A DNA stretch of 64,000 bases from Treponemataceae bacterium (GTDB taxonomy: Bacteria; Spirochaetota; Spirochaetia; Treponematales; Rectinemataceae), in the NCBI GenBank assembly GCA_963678065.2, contig CAXXVZ010000003.1, forward strand, positions 1,280,001 to 1,344,000. Direction: 5' to 3'. The notes beneath the pieces were generated by a model. That model made no database searches. It was not told the origin of the DNA and was given only the letters and a program-made list of their open reading frames with translations. Every line of letters begins with the position of its first letter. Positions within the stretch are counted from its first letter, which is position 1. The position numbers and the translations under genes were made by a program. Shown here in pieces: positions 18,439 through 28,107 of the stretch.

Positions 18439-18945
18439 TTACCTCTCCGGAGCCTTGACCAGCCCGAGACCTTGCCGCACTGCACCGAGGTGCCAGGCCC
18501 CATGGGCTACGAGACCGAGAAGACCCGTCATGAATTCGGCATCGTCCCAGGACTTCTCGGAGGCGATGACTTTCCTGAAGGCCTCGTATTCTGCCCTGAG
18601 TCCCGACAGGAGAGCCTTCCATTCCGATTCGTTCACCGTCCTCGTGTCCCAGCTTCGCGCCCAGTTCGCGTCCGCGTAGGGATTCTCGCCCTTCGCGGCG
18701 CGGTTGGCGAGTTCGAGGGTGAAGCGGACGTGATTCGCGTGCGAAGCGGCGCTGATCGGGTCGCCCGCGCAAAGCGGCGCGCTCGCCCTGGCGGCGTCGA
18801 TGCCCTCGAGTGTTCCGAGAAGACCGCTGCGCGGATCATTGTCGGTGAACCAGGTACTCGTCGTCGCCGGCCCGACATGGGCCTCGTCGAAAAGGGCCAG
18901 AGCCGCATCGGCCACTACACGCTTCTCGATCGTCGTTCCACTCAT
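18439..18945 (-). CDS. DinB/DUF1572-like four-helix protein
   Basis: SAASHANH and AHGAWHLG histidine triad; AAGGAGG RBS. Confidence 0.75.
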   Translation of the reverse strand: MSGTTIEKRVVADAALALFDEAHVGPATTSTWFTDNDPRSGLLGTLEGIDAARASAPLCAGDPISAASHANHVRFTLELANRAAKGENPYADANWARSWDTRTVNESEWKALLSGLRAEYEAFRKVIASEKSWDDAEFMTGLLGLVAHGAWHLGAVRQGLGLVKAPER

Positions 18946-19131
18946 ACCATTCCTCCTTCTTTTCTTTCCACGATTATCTCAAGCGATCTGCTTGATACAT
19001 GAAGGATACGACCCGATCGCGACAGACTATGTCATACTTTTCCGCAGATGCGCGTCTTTTGCGCTTTCCAGGCAAGGCGGTCGCGGATGCAGCGAAGGCA
19101 TATATTGCATCTCCACGAATTGCAGGTAAGC

Positions 19132-20043
19132 CTAGCGTGTTATAAGTTTCCCCGGAATTTTGTACATCTGCTGTGCCGGCTTGTCGCCCCTGAAACCAGC
19201 TTCGATGAGATCGGCGAGCTTCGCAGCCATGGCATCGAAATCCTGGGCGACCGTCGCGATGAAGGGACCCTGCTTAGCGATCTCGGCGCGGGCGAAGGCT
19301 GTACCGTCGATACCCACGACCTTGATCTCCTGCCTGCCGGCAGCATTGATCGCCTGCACCGCGCCCATCGCGGGCTCGTCCCATCCTGCCCAGATGCCTG
19401 CCATCGAGCCTTTGGCGGGATTTGCGGTCAGGATGTCCTGAGTAAGCTTGCGGGCGAAATCGAGAGGACCGGGCACTTCAATGTGTTTTTTGTCGACAAC
19501 CTTTATGCCGGGGATCGTGGCGAAATATGCAGCAGCAGCGGCAGCCCGCTCTCTGACTCCCGGATGGGGATCGTGCGTGAACATGTAGACCCTGCCCTTG
19601 TTCCCGATCGCGTCTGCGAGCGCCTTGGCGCTCGCCTTGCCGAGATCCGAGTTGTCGGAGGTCACGTTCAGGAGAACACCCTTCACGATGCCGGCGTCGA
19701 GGCCATAGACGGGGATGTTCACCTTCGCGGCGGCGTCGAGGCCGGCCGTCATCTGGGTGGGATCGCCCATGCCGAGCACGATGGCATCGACTTTCTGGAC
19801 GACGGCATCCTGGATCCGGCCGACGAGGAGGCCAAAATCGCCAGCCGTATCGGTGACGGTCACCTTCCAACCTCTCTTCTCGCCAATCTCCTTGAATTGA
19901 TCGATAACGTACTTGGTGGTCTCGTTAGCCATATAGGGCGTGACCACAGCCACCGTCTTCGCCTTTGGCGCGCAGAAACCGGCTGCGAGAACGACGAACG
20001 CAAAGGCCATCGTCAAGGCAGTCATCTTTCCAAACCTGCTCAT
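19132..20043 (-). CDS. Monosaccharide ABC substrate-binding protein (RbsB-like)
   Basis: Signal peptide; VTSDN, WDEPAMGA, VVGIDG and ATVAQDF motifs. Confidence 0.9.
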   Translation of the reverse strand: MSRFGKMTALTMAFAFVVLAAGFCAPKAKTVAVVTPYMANETTKYVIDQFKEIGEKRGWKVTVTDTAGDFGLLVGRIQDAVVQKVDAIVLGMGDPTQMTAGLDAAAKVNIPVYGLDAGIVKGVLLNVTSDNSDLGKASAKALADAIGNKGRVYMFTHDPHPGVRERAAAAAAYFATIPGIKVVDKKHIEVPGPLDFARKLTQDILTANPAKGSMAGIWAGWDEPAMGAVQAINAAGRQEIKVVGIDGTAFARAEIAKQGPFIATVAQDFDAMAAKLADLIEAGFRGDKPAQQMYKIPGKLITR

Positions 20044-20110
20044 ACAACCCTCCTTCCATAATCGCCACCTCTACAGGCGGCGCAATAGCCTATTGGTGTC
20101 GTCCGGGGAC

Positions 20111-21619
20111 TCATGAAGATTCACTCGCCTTTGCGAGAGCCTCCCAAGTCGGCGCCAGAATCCGGTGAAGATCCTCGAAGGCGCCGGAAAGACCCCGATA
20201 CGTCCGGGACCACTCCAATTCGGGCGAATACCGCTTCGAAATACGGATGAAACCTGGTCCCGGGTCCCAGGAGGAGAACCAGCCGAGGGCTCTTCCTGCA
20301 AGAATGGCGGCGCCCCGCAGCCCGGCATCTTCGGGCTTCTCGGGCACGGCGACGGGACATTCGAATACCGACGCGATAATCCTGCACCACAATTCGGACC
20401 CTGCCCCGCCACCCACAAGGGTTACCTCATGTGCGTGAGCTCCTGATCCGCCCAAAGCCCTGAATGCATGGAGAAGCGAAAAGGCGACGCCCTCGAGGAC
20501 GGCCCGCGCGAGCTCAGCCCTCCCCGTTTCCCTTCCGATTCCTATGAAGCCGCCGCGTGCGCGCGGGGCGCGGAAGGGCATGCGTTCACCCGCAAGATAA
20601 GGAAGAAAGAGGAGCCCGGATGAGCCCGCAGCCGCAGACTCTGCCTCGCGGTTGAGGACGGAAAAGGCTTCGTCGCGCGAGGTTTCGGCGAGAAGGGCAT
20701 TCCGGAACCAGTCGTAGTTGCCCGCCGCTGTCGTGACCGCACCTATCATGATGAGATCGATTCCGTTCGGATGGCGCAGATTGAATGCGCCCAGAGCCGG
20801 ATCGACGGGAGGGCCATCGCTTGTCATCGCCACCCAGCCCGAAGTTCCAAGGTTTATGGAGAGGCGTCCCGGCACGCCGGCGCCTGAACCCAAGGTCGCG
20901 GTTGCGGCGTCGCCCGCCCCATGAATGACGGGAAGACCTTCGGGAAGTCCTGTGATGTGCGCCGCCTCGTGGGACAAAACACCAGCCACTTTATCCGCGC
21001 GCACAATCTCCGGAAAGAGATCGGTCCTGATGCCGAGACTCGCCATCAGGTCATCGTTCCATCGATTCTTGTCGAAAAGGAGGAGGCCCGTCGTCGAAGC
21101 AGTCGTGAGGTCGGTCGCGGACGCGCCGCAGAGGCGCCAGGCCAGATAATCATGAGCGCCGAGGAAGATCCACCGAGCTGAATCGAGCGTCATTTTCGCG
21201 TTGCGCGACATCCAAAGAAGCTTCGGAGCGAGCCCGCCCGCGTCCTGGGCATTCCGCGCCTCGGCTGCATGACGATCCGCGCCGTAGGTCAGCGCAATCT
21301 CCTGAGCCTCCGCCGCCGCGCGGGTATCCGAGTAGAGGATCGCCCTCGGCTGGGGCCCTGAGCCGACAATTATGAGATCCTGCATCTGGCCACTCAGGAC
21401 AAGAGCTTCGGGAACCAGATCGGAGGCACAGGCAATTTCCGAGAATGCGGAAACGCAGGCCGACCACCACTCCTCAGGGTCCTGCTCCATCTCGGCACCG
21501 TGGGCCCAGGTCCTGTATCCCCGCGAAGCCGAGGCGAACACATGCCCATCCCGGCCGATGAGGGCGACTTTTACGCCGGTAGTTCCGATGTCGGCAGCGA
21601 TCACGCATTCTACGCTCAT
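20111..21619 (-). CDS. FGGY family carbohydrate kinase (xylulokinase-like)
   Basis: DIGTTGVK, EQDPEEWW, SGQMQ, GAGD, LGTSG, PYLAGERMP, VLEGVAF and GGGA motifs. Confidence 0.92.
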   Translation of the reverse strand: MSVECVIAADIGTTGVKVALIGRDGHVFASASRGYRTWAHGAEMEQDPEEWWSACVSAFSEIACASDLVPEALVLSGQMQDLIIVGSGPQPRAILYSDTRAAAEAQEIALTYGADRHAAEARNAQDAGGLAPKLLWMSRNAKMTLDSARWIFLGAHDYLAWRLCGASATDLTTASTTGLLLFDKNRWNDDLMASLGIRTDLFPEIVRADKVAGVLSHEAAHITGLPEGLPVIHGAGDAATATLGSGAGVPGRLSINLGTSGWVAMTSDGPPVDPALGAFNLRHPNGIDLIMIGAVTTAAGNYDWFRNALLAETSRDEAFSVLNREAESAAAGSSGLLFLPYLAGERMPFRAPRARGGFIGIGRETGRAELARAVLEGVAFSLLHAFRALGGSGAHAHEVTLVGGGAGSELWCRIIASVFECPVAVPEKPEDAGLRGAAILAGRALGWFSSWDPGPGFIRISKRYSPELEWSRTYRGLSGAFEDLHRILAPTWEALAKASESS

Positions 21620-22401
21620 GTTTTCCTCCCCGAGGCCGCAGCCCGGAGCGAAGCCACGTACCGCTTCATCCGCTCGCTGTCTTTGGCCGCTTCGACAAGA
21701 GCCGTTCCGACGATGGCGCCATCGGCGCCGAAGCGCCTTAAGTCATCGATATCTTTGGGCGTGTTGACTCCGAACCCCACGGCGACAGGCAGGCCCTCGA
21801 CGGCTTCTTTCACCGTGGCGATCCGGGAGCCAAGTTCAGATCCAAAGGATCGTCTATCGCCTGTCTTGCCCCCGTGGCTCGGGAGGTAGATGAACCCGGC
21901 CGCATCGCCTGCGAGGAATGCAAGGGTCTCTCTGGACATGTCAGCTGCGAAACCGATCGGCTCAAGGCCCGCCTCCCGCGACGCGCGCGCAATCGCCAAT
22001 CGGTTTTTTTCCTGAATGCCGACGACAAGGATGCCCGCGAACCCCGCGGCAGCCAGGGCTCGCGCAGCGCTCTGCCCGCCAAGTTCGTCCCAGGTTTTCG
22101 CGTACATCATCGCAATAAGCGGCCGGCCCTTTGCCACGGCCGGCGCGGCGAGATGCAAGGCCATGCTCGAGTCGAGTCCGGCGCGGCGAAGGTAACCCAT
22201 GGCGTCGCGAATCACCTTTCCATCCAGGAATGGATCGTCGATGGGGAATCCTATTTCGAGAATATCGAGGCCAGCCTCGAAAGCGAGGTCTGCGACGGTC
22301 GGGAATTCCTCAGGCGAAGGATACCCCGCAGGAAGGTAACCGATGAGTGCGATCCGCCCTTCCTGGCGGGTCTTCGCGAAAACATCCCCGATCGCGCCCA
22401 T
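21616..22401 (-). CDS. trpA: Tryptophan synthase alpha-subunit-like protein (orphan, in a sugar operon)
   Basis: YLPAGYP, LEIGFP..DP..DG, GKTG, VGFGV and ADGAIVGTA motifs; no trpB in the window. Confidence 0.75.
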   Translation of the reverse strand: MGAIGDVFAKTRQEGRIALIGYLPAGYPSPEEFPTVADLAFEAGLDILEIGFPIDDPFLDGKVIRDAMGYLRRAGLDSSMALHLAAPAVAKGRPLIAMMYAKTWDELGGQSAARALAAAGFAGILVVGIQEKNRLAIARASREAGLEPIGFAADMSRETLAFLAGDAAGFIYLPSHGGKTGDRRSFGSELGSRIATVKEAVEGLPVAVGFGVNTPKDIDDLRRFGADGAIVGTALVEAAKDSERMKRYVASLRAAASGRKT

Positions 22402-22403
22402 GA

Positions 22404-23378
22404 TCAGCCCCGTTTCCTTCCGCTGAGCCCCGAAAGGAGCACGGCGCCGACGATGATGACCCCGGTGAGAATCTGCTGAATATAAGAATTGACGCCGAGG
22501 ATGTTCATGCCGTTTCCGAGCACGCCCATGATCAGAACCCCGAGAAGAGTGCCGCCAACGTGCGGTTCACCCTCGCGGAATGCCGTTGCGCCGAGGAAGA
22601 CAGCCGCAGCCGCATTGAGCATGAAGGGATTGCCTGCCTGGGGATGGGCCGAGAACAGTCGACTTGTAAGCACGATACCAGCGATCGCGGCGCCGAGTCC
22701 CGAGATCATGAAGCCGCCGAGCCTGACGAGTCTGACATTGATGCCGGCGAGACGGGTTGCCTCAGGGTTGCCTCCGATGGCATAGAGTTTCCGGCCCAAA
22801 AGAGTCCTCTCCATGATCGTCCACACGATGGCCACGATTATCAACATGATAATGACTGCTATCGGAACAGGGCCGACGCTCCCCTGACCAATGAACCTGA
22901 ATGACTCGGGGATGCCATTGAAGAGTGTCGACCCGCCGGTAGACAGGAGAGCAAGCCCGCCGATGCTTGTCATCGTTGCCAGGGTCGCCACAAATGCGGA
23001 GAGGTTTCCATAGGCCACGAGCGCGCCATTCAGCATACCGACAAGAATTCCGACCCCGGACCCTGCCGCGAGGCCGAGTATGACGCTGCCGCTTGCAGTC
23101 ATGGTCGAGACGCACGCGACCCCCGCCAGACTCGCAATCGCTCCTATCGAGAGGTCGAAATCGCCCGTTGCCATGACCAGAGTAACTGCCGCCGCCGCGA
23201 TCGCGAGGGTCGCCGCCTGTTCCACGACATTCTTGAGATTTCCTATAGTGGGAAAGACGTCGGGCTTGAGCGCGGCGAAGACCGCGCAGAGGACGACAAA
23301 TCCGCCGAGTGTTCCCCATTTCCTGAGCAGATCCGCGAAACGCACGCGGCCATCTGATCCTGCGATGGAATTCGCCAT
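22404..23378 (-). CDS. Monosaccharide ABC permease (RbsC-like)
   Basis: DFDLSIG, FVATLA, GGNPEATRLAG and AAVFLG motifs; GGAG RBS before ATG 23378. Confidence 0.9.
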   Translation of the reverse strand: MANSIAGSDGRVRFADLLRKWGTLGGFVVLCAVFAALKPDVFPTIGNLKNVVEQAATLAIAAAAVTLVMATGDFDLSIGAIASLAGVACVSTMTASGSVILGLAAGSGVGILVGMLNGALVAYGNLSAFVATLATMTSIGGLALLSTGGSTLFNGIPESFRFIGQGSVGPVPIAVIIMLIIVAIVWTIMERTLLGRKLYAIGGNPEATRLAGINVRLVRLGGFMISGLGAAIAGIVLTSRLFSAHPQAGNPFMLNAAAAVFLGATAFREGEPHVGGTLLGVLIMGVLGNGMNILGVNSYIQQILTGVIIVGAVLLSGLSGRKRG

Positions 23379-23379
23379 G

Positions 23380-24891
23380 TCATTCACTCCCTTTTCCGTA
23401 GCATTGCGCAAGGACAGTCTCCTGATCGAGGCCACGCGCATCGAGAATCGCCTCGACGCCGCCCTCCCTCATTACCATCACTCTGTCCGCGAGACCCAGA
23501 ACCTCGCCGAGATCCGAGGATGCGAGGATGATCCCCGCGCCCCGGGCCGCCATGTCCCTTACGATCTTGTAGATCTCGTAACGCGCGCCCACATCGACAC
23601 CCCGGGTCGGTTCATCGAGGAGGAGCACTTTTGCGTCGCGGGGGATCCACTTCGCGAAGACCACCTTCTGCTGATTCCCTCCCGATAATTCTCCGACTGC
23701 CTGTCGCATCGATGACGCCTTGAGCCTGACAGACTCCGCCGAAGCCTTTGCCGTTTCCAATTCCTTGCGACGATCGACGAAGACGGCCCAGCGCGACAGA
23801 CTCCGCAAGTTAGGCAGGGCGATGTTCTCCGCTATTCCTCTGCGAAGGACCAGGCCATGCTGCCTTCTCTCTTCGGGAACGAGGAGGACACCGGCATGTA
23901 TGGCAGCCAGGGGAGAAGAAGGCGAATAACGTTTCCCCAAGAGGCTTATCTCGCCACCACGCGGCCGGATCGCGCCTCCCAGAGCTTTGAGCAAGGAGGA
24001 GCGACCCGAGCCGACGAGTCCCGCCACTCCCAGTATCTCGCCTGCCCGAAGCGTGAAAGAAACGGGGCGGCCTTTCCCGCGGTCGAGGCCCTCGACACAG
24101 AGGATGTCCTCTGCCGGCGATGATTTCGACTCCGGGAAGTTGTCCACGAGGCTCCTTCCGATCATAAGCTTTATGAGCGAGCGCGGATCGGTATCGGCGA
24201 TGTCAGTGACTGCGACCGTTTCCCCGTCCTTCATGACGGTCACTCGATCGCAGAGTTCGAATATCTCGTCGAGCCGGTGGGAGACATAGAGGATGGTCTT
24301 GCCTCGGGCCCTGAGCTTTTCGATAACTGCGAACAGGTTACGGATCTCATGATCGGTCAGAGAGGCCGTCGGTTCGTCCATCACGTAGAGACGGGCTTCG
24401 TCTGCGAAGGCGCGGGCTATAGCGATCATGGACTGTTGCCCGCGCGACAACCTCGACACCGGTTGACGAAGTGGAAGTTCTACGTCGAGTTGGGCAAGGC
24501 AGGCCGCGGAGCGCCGTTCGAGCTCCCGTCGGTCGATGAGACCAAGGGCGTTCGTCGGATAGCGTCTGCCGAGGAAGATGTTTTCGCTGGCATTGAAATA
24601 CGGGACCAGGTTGAGCTCTTGATGAATGAAGCTGAAACCCAGGCGAAGGGCATCTGAGCCTGACGCAATCTCCACCTTCCTCCCGTCGAGGACGATTTTG
24701 CCTTCGTCGGGCCTCTGTATTCCCGCGATGATCTTGATCAAGGTCGATTTGCCCGCGCCGTTTTCGCCGACGAGGGCGTGGACTTCGCCCGGCTGAAGTG
24801 AAAGCGATCCTCCCTTGAGCGCATGAACTCCTCCGAAGCTTTTTCGGATACCGGAGATCTCGAGCATGGGGGGGACGGTGTCTTTTGCCAT
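23380..24891 (-). CDS. Monosaccharide ABC ATP-binding protein (RbsA-like)
   Basis: GENGAGKS, HQELNL, DEPT, LSGGNQQK and DEPTRGVDVGA motifs. Confidence 0.93.
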   Translation of the reverse strand: MAKDTVPPMLEISGIRKSFGGVHALKGGSLSLQPGEVHALVGENGAGKSTLIKIIAGIQRPDEGKIVLDGRKVEIASGSDALRLGFSFIHQELNLVPYFNASENIFLGRRYPTNALGLIDRRELERRSAACLAQLDVELPLRQPVSRLSRGQQSMIAIARAFADEARLYVMDEPTASLTDHEIRNLFAVIEKLRARGKTILYVSHRLDEIFELCDRVTVMKDGETVAVTDIADTDPRSLIKLMIGRSLVDNFPESKSSPAEDILCVEGLDRGKGRPVSFTLRAGEILGVAGLVGSGRSSLLKALGGAIRPRGGEISLLGKRYSPSSPLAAIHAGVLLVPEERRQHGLVLRRGIAENIALPNLRSLSRWAVFVDRRKELETAKASAESVRLKASSMRQAVGELSGGNQQKVVFAKWIPRDAKVLLLDEPTRGVDVGARYEIYKIVRDMAARGAGIILASSDLGEVLGLADRVMVMREGGVEAILDARGLDQETVLAQCYGKGSE

Positions 24892-24892
24892 C

Positions 24893-25693
24893 TCATTCCT
24901 CCTCAAGGAGTGTCCCGACGAGCGGCTCGGCCCCGCCCTTCCTGAAATTGAAATCGTAACTGTGTCGTTTGCCAATTCGCTCTGTCGTCATGAAGAAAGA
25001 ATCCCCTGCGATGATGGCTTCGTCGTACATGAGCGCCTCGCCCTCGCCCGAACGGCTCAACCTGACAGAGAGCATCGCGGGATTGCCGGCCGCACGTCCG
25101 AGAACTGCGGCGTCAGCCTCATCGAGCAGAATCGGGACGAGGAGCTCGCGGGTCATCGCGATCGCTACGCCGCAGGTCGCCGAGATCTGGTCATAGAGCG
25201 ACAGCGCCGGGTCGTATGATTCGAGAAACGAGGCAAGCCGCGTCGCCAAGAAGGAAGACTGGAGGACGATAGGAACGCCGGCGAGTTTTCTGAGGCGCTT
25301 GATCCTGGGCAGGAGCGTCCCTGCGGGATACCCGAGAGCCTGTGCGGCCTGACTCGAAGCGACGAGGGAAGGTACTTCAAGGACGACAGTCTCGACTCGC
25401 TGATTCCGCGCCCCCATCTCTCGATCAAAACCGTATAGCCGCTCCCTTTCGAATTCGCCGACGCAGGGGGCCGTAACGAACATGCCGATACCATGGTCGG
25501 TCCTGATCAGTTCTTCCTCTTCAAGAAACTCGAGGGCACGCCGCACGGTCATAACCGTCGTCGAGAATTCCGCGGCCAGCTCCCGCTGGGTTGGGATTTT
25601 GACCCCGTCCGCCCATTGGCCGCTCGTTATCCTTGACCTGATTTCCGTGGCGATAGCGATATAGAGCGGCAATCCTTTGTTTCCCGAGATCAT
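24893..25693 (-). CDS. GntR family regulator (HutC/UTRA type)
   Basis: PLY..I...I..G......IPTQRELA.EF....MTVRRAL wHTH followed by a UTRA-like C-terminus. Confidence 0.9.
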   Translation of the reverse strand: MISGNKGLPLYIAIATEIRSRITSGQWADGVKIPTQRELAAEFSTTVMTVRRALEFLEEEELIRTDHGIGMFVTAPCVGEFERERLYGFDREMGARNQRVETVVLEVPSLVASSQAAQALGYPAGTLLPRIKRLRKLAGVPIVLQSSFLATRLASFLESYDPALSLYDQISATCGVAIAMTRELLVPILLDEADAAVLGRAAGNPAMLSVRLSRSGEGEALMYDEAIIAGDSFFMTTERIGKRHSYDFNFRKGGAEPLVGTLLEEE

Positions 25694-25701
25694 CAGCTAC
25701 C

Positions 25702-25766
25702 CTCTAAGTGTTATAGTGTTCTATAACACTTAGAGCAAGTCTAAATGCGAAATCGAAATCTGTCAA
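25702..25766 (-). promoter_or_regulatory. Promoter and GntR operator
   Basis: TTGACA-17-TAGACT (25766-25738) and a perfect 15-bp inverted repeat CTCTAAGTGTTATAG-tgtt-CTATAACACTTAGAG (25702-25735). Confidence 0.75.
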
Positions 25767-25859
25767 TCAAAAATCCGCTTTAGTGGAGATCAGCGCTCCC
25801 TGGCCAGCAGGTCAAAAACCCGGATTGAGTCAAAGGATTCTGCGTACGCAGTTGTTTCC

Positions 25860-27110
25860 TTATTGGGATGCTTTCTCAAATGCCAGAACCGCATTATGAC
25901 CGCCGAAACCGAAGCCGTTCGACAGGACTCGACACAGATCGACATTTCGGGCTTTCAAGGGAACATAGTCGAGATCGCAATCCGGATCGGCCTCAATGAG
26001 GTTCAATGTCGGAGGAACCTGCCCGTACCGGATCGCCTGTACGGAAAGAATCGCCTCGATTCCTCCGGCCGCGCCGAAAAGGTGCCCTGTCGCGCCTTTG
26101 GTGGAGCTGATCAGTGGAATCCGATTCCCTTTGCCCGCAAAAAGTTTAATGGCCTTTGTTTCTGCTATATCTCCTACAGGTGTTCCGGTACCGTGGGCGT
26201 TGATGTAGTCGACGCTACCCAACTTCCAGTCCGCCATTCTCGCGGCCTGGCTCATGGCTGCCGCGGCCCCTCTTCCTTCGGGATCGGGAGAGGTCAGATG
26301 AAATGCATCGGCCGTCGAGCCATATCCCACAACTTCCGCCAAGATCACTGCTCCGCGCGCTCTGGCTGTTTCCCACTCCTCCAATATCAGAACGCCAGCC
26401 CCTTCTCCCATGACAAATCCGTCTCTGCCTAATGCGAAAGGCGCACATGCCGCCGCTGGATCCTCATTTCGCGTGGACATCGCGCGCATGCTATTGAACC
26501 CCGAGAAGGCGACAGGCAAAACGGGCGCCTCAGCCCCACCAGCGACAGCCATGTCGACCCGACTGTCCCTGATCGCCAGGAAAGCCTCGCCTATAGCGTT
26601 GTTGCCCGTTGCGCAGGCGCTGACAGGCGCCAGGCAAGGGCCGCGAGCCCCTATGGCCATCGAAACGAGGCCCGCGCCCATGTTCGCTATCATCATGGGA
26701 ATCGTGAAGGGACTGGTCCGCCATCCCTCCCCTCTGCCAAGCGAATCCTGAGCCCGCAACAGCGTCTCGGCACCTCCGATTCCCGTACCCAGCCAGACGC
26801 CGATCCTTTCGCCGTCGATCCCGGCTTGACCTGCCTTCGCATGCTCCCAGGCCTGCAGCGAGGCCCACACCGCAAAGCGGGCGAAGCGGTCCCAATTCTT
26901 TGATTCTTTCCGATCCAGATACCGGTCTTCGGGAAAATCGACGACGGTAGAGGCTATTCGGGTAGGGAAGCGTGAAAAATCGGCCCGGTCGATTGTCGTA
27001 ATCCCTGACCTACCGGATACGACTGAATCCCAAAAGCTATCGGCGTCCTTTCCCAGAGCATGGATAACGCCCATTCCAGTTATGGCGACACGGCGATGGG
27101 ATGTGTTCAT
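25860..27110 (-). CDS. fabF: Beta-ketoacyl-ACP synthase II
   Basis: Catalytic triad in SACATG, NAHGTGT and GHLFGAAG; GFVMGEGAG and GFGFGGHN motifs. Confidence 0.9.
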   Translation of the reverse strand: MNTSHRRVAITGMGVIHALGKDADSFWDSVVSGRSGITTIDRADFSRFPTRIASTVVDFPEDRYLDRKESKNWDRFARFAVWASLQAWEHAKAGQAGIDGERIGVWLGTGIGGAETLLRAQDSLGRGEGWRTSPFTIPMMIANMGAGLVSMAIGARGPCLAPVSACATGNNAIGEAFLAIRDSRVDMAVAGGAEAPVLPVAFSGFNSMRAMSTRNEDPAAACAPFALGRDGFVMGEGAGVLILEEWETARARGAVILAEVVGYGSTADAFHLTSPDPEGRGAAAAMSQAARMADWKLGSVDYINAHGTGTPVGDIAETKAIKLFAGKGNRIPLISSTKGATGHLFGAAGGIEAILSVQAIRYGQVPPTLNLIEADPDCDLDYVPLKARNVDLCRVLSNGFGFGGHNAVLAFEKASQ

Positions 27111-27121
27111 CGGTTACTCCT

Positions 27122-27724
27122 TTATTGCGTCGAGCTGATCAGCAATCCGTCGATAACACTATTCAACACACGTACTACTGCCTGTAATGGATCAGAGGTT
27201 CCGTGAAGCTTCGCGAGCATGATTCCCCCTTCCAGAGAAGCCAGGAAAAAGAAGGACAAGGTCTCGGCATCCTCATCTCTCTTGAGCCGCCCCGACTTCT
27301 GCGCTTGACCTATTTGCGTCCTGATCAGAGCGCGAAGCCTCTTTGCAGCTTCGGCAGCCTCCTCGCGCATGAAAGGAATCGCATCGTCGGATTCAATGGC
27401 GGCGTTCAGTATAGGGCAGCCACCGGCGACTACACTTCCGGCAGCGATAGACAGACTGGCATTGAGTAGCAGGCGGAGTCGTTCTACGGGATCATCCTTT
27501 CCCTCTATCGCCTTTGTAAAGAAGGAGGATATTGAAGAGACGTTGAAACGAAAGGCCTCGATCGCCAACTCTTCCTTTGACCCGAAGTGATTGTACAGTC
27601 CGCCTTTTTGCATCCCCGTCGCCTGCATGATCGCCGATACAGGCGTGGAGCCGTATCCGAACTGGTTAAATACCTCACCGGCTTGCCGAACTATGCGCTG
27701 GTGCGTCTTTTCTCCTTTGTTCAT
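27122..27724 (-). CDS. TetR/AcrR family regulator (LmrA/YxaF-like)
   Basis: GM.KGGLYNHFGSKEEL HTH and GGCPI motif. Confidence 0.9.
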   Translation of the reverse strand: MNKGEKTHQRIVRQAGEVFNQFGYGSTPVSAIMQATGMQKGGLYNHFGSKEELAIEAFRFNVSSISSFFTKAIEGKDDPVERLRLLLNASLSIAAGSVVAGGCPILNAAIESDDAIPFMREEAAEAAKRLRALIRTQIGQAQKSGRLKRDEDAETLSFFFLASLEGGIMLAKLHGTSDPLQAVVRVLNSVIDGLLISSTQ

Positions 27725-27734
27725 ATCAGCATTT

Positions 27735-27750
27735 AAGACCGATCGGTCTT
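27735..27750. promoter_or_regulatory. TetR operator
   Basis: Perfect palindrome AAGACCGATCGGTCTT between a minus-strand TTGACA (27760-27755) and the tetR start. Confidence 0.7.
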
Positions 27751-27785
27751 TTTTTGTCAAGCTCAGTGCGATGAGGTTTTCCAGC

Positions 27786-27815
27786 TTGACAGGTCCGAGG
27801 GACGGGCGATACTGT
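27786..27815 (+). promoter_or_regulatory. Promoter for the leader peptide-RNHCP-rsgA unit
   Basis: TTGACA-18-TACTGT. Confidence 0.5.
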
Positions 27816-27846
27816 AACGCATCAACTCATGAGAAGGAGGTCGTTC

Positions 27847-27882
27847 ATGTCCGCTCTTGCCATCCAGGATGCCCTGTATTAG
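27847..27882 (+). CDS. Putative 11-aa leader peptide MSALAIQDALY
   Basis: Strong AAGGAGG RBS 6 nt before the ATG, directly after the promoter. Confidence 0.45.
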   Translation: MSALAIQDALY

Positions 27883-28107
27883 GGATACGGCAGGATACGC
27901 GCCCAAAAGAGTAAACTGGCTGACGATCTATTATCGATCGTAGGCATATCATGACTCTGGAGCCATAGGCTCGCTTCGTCGCACCTTCCGTTCCACACTC
28001 ACCCGATACAGGACATCAACAGGACTTGCTCGTCTCACGGCTGGCGGTATCGTACGCGTTGCGGTAGCCGTCTGAAGCGCGCACACACCATAATCGAGAG
28101 TCAAACG

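Noticed and set aside
21616..22401. Tryptophan biosynthesis operon
   Set aside because: No trpB/C/D/E/F/G in the window, and the context is sugar catabolism.
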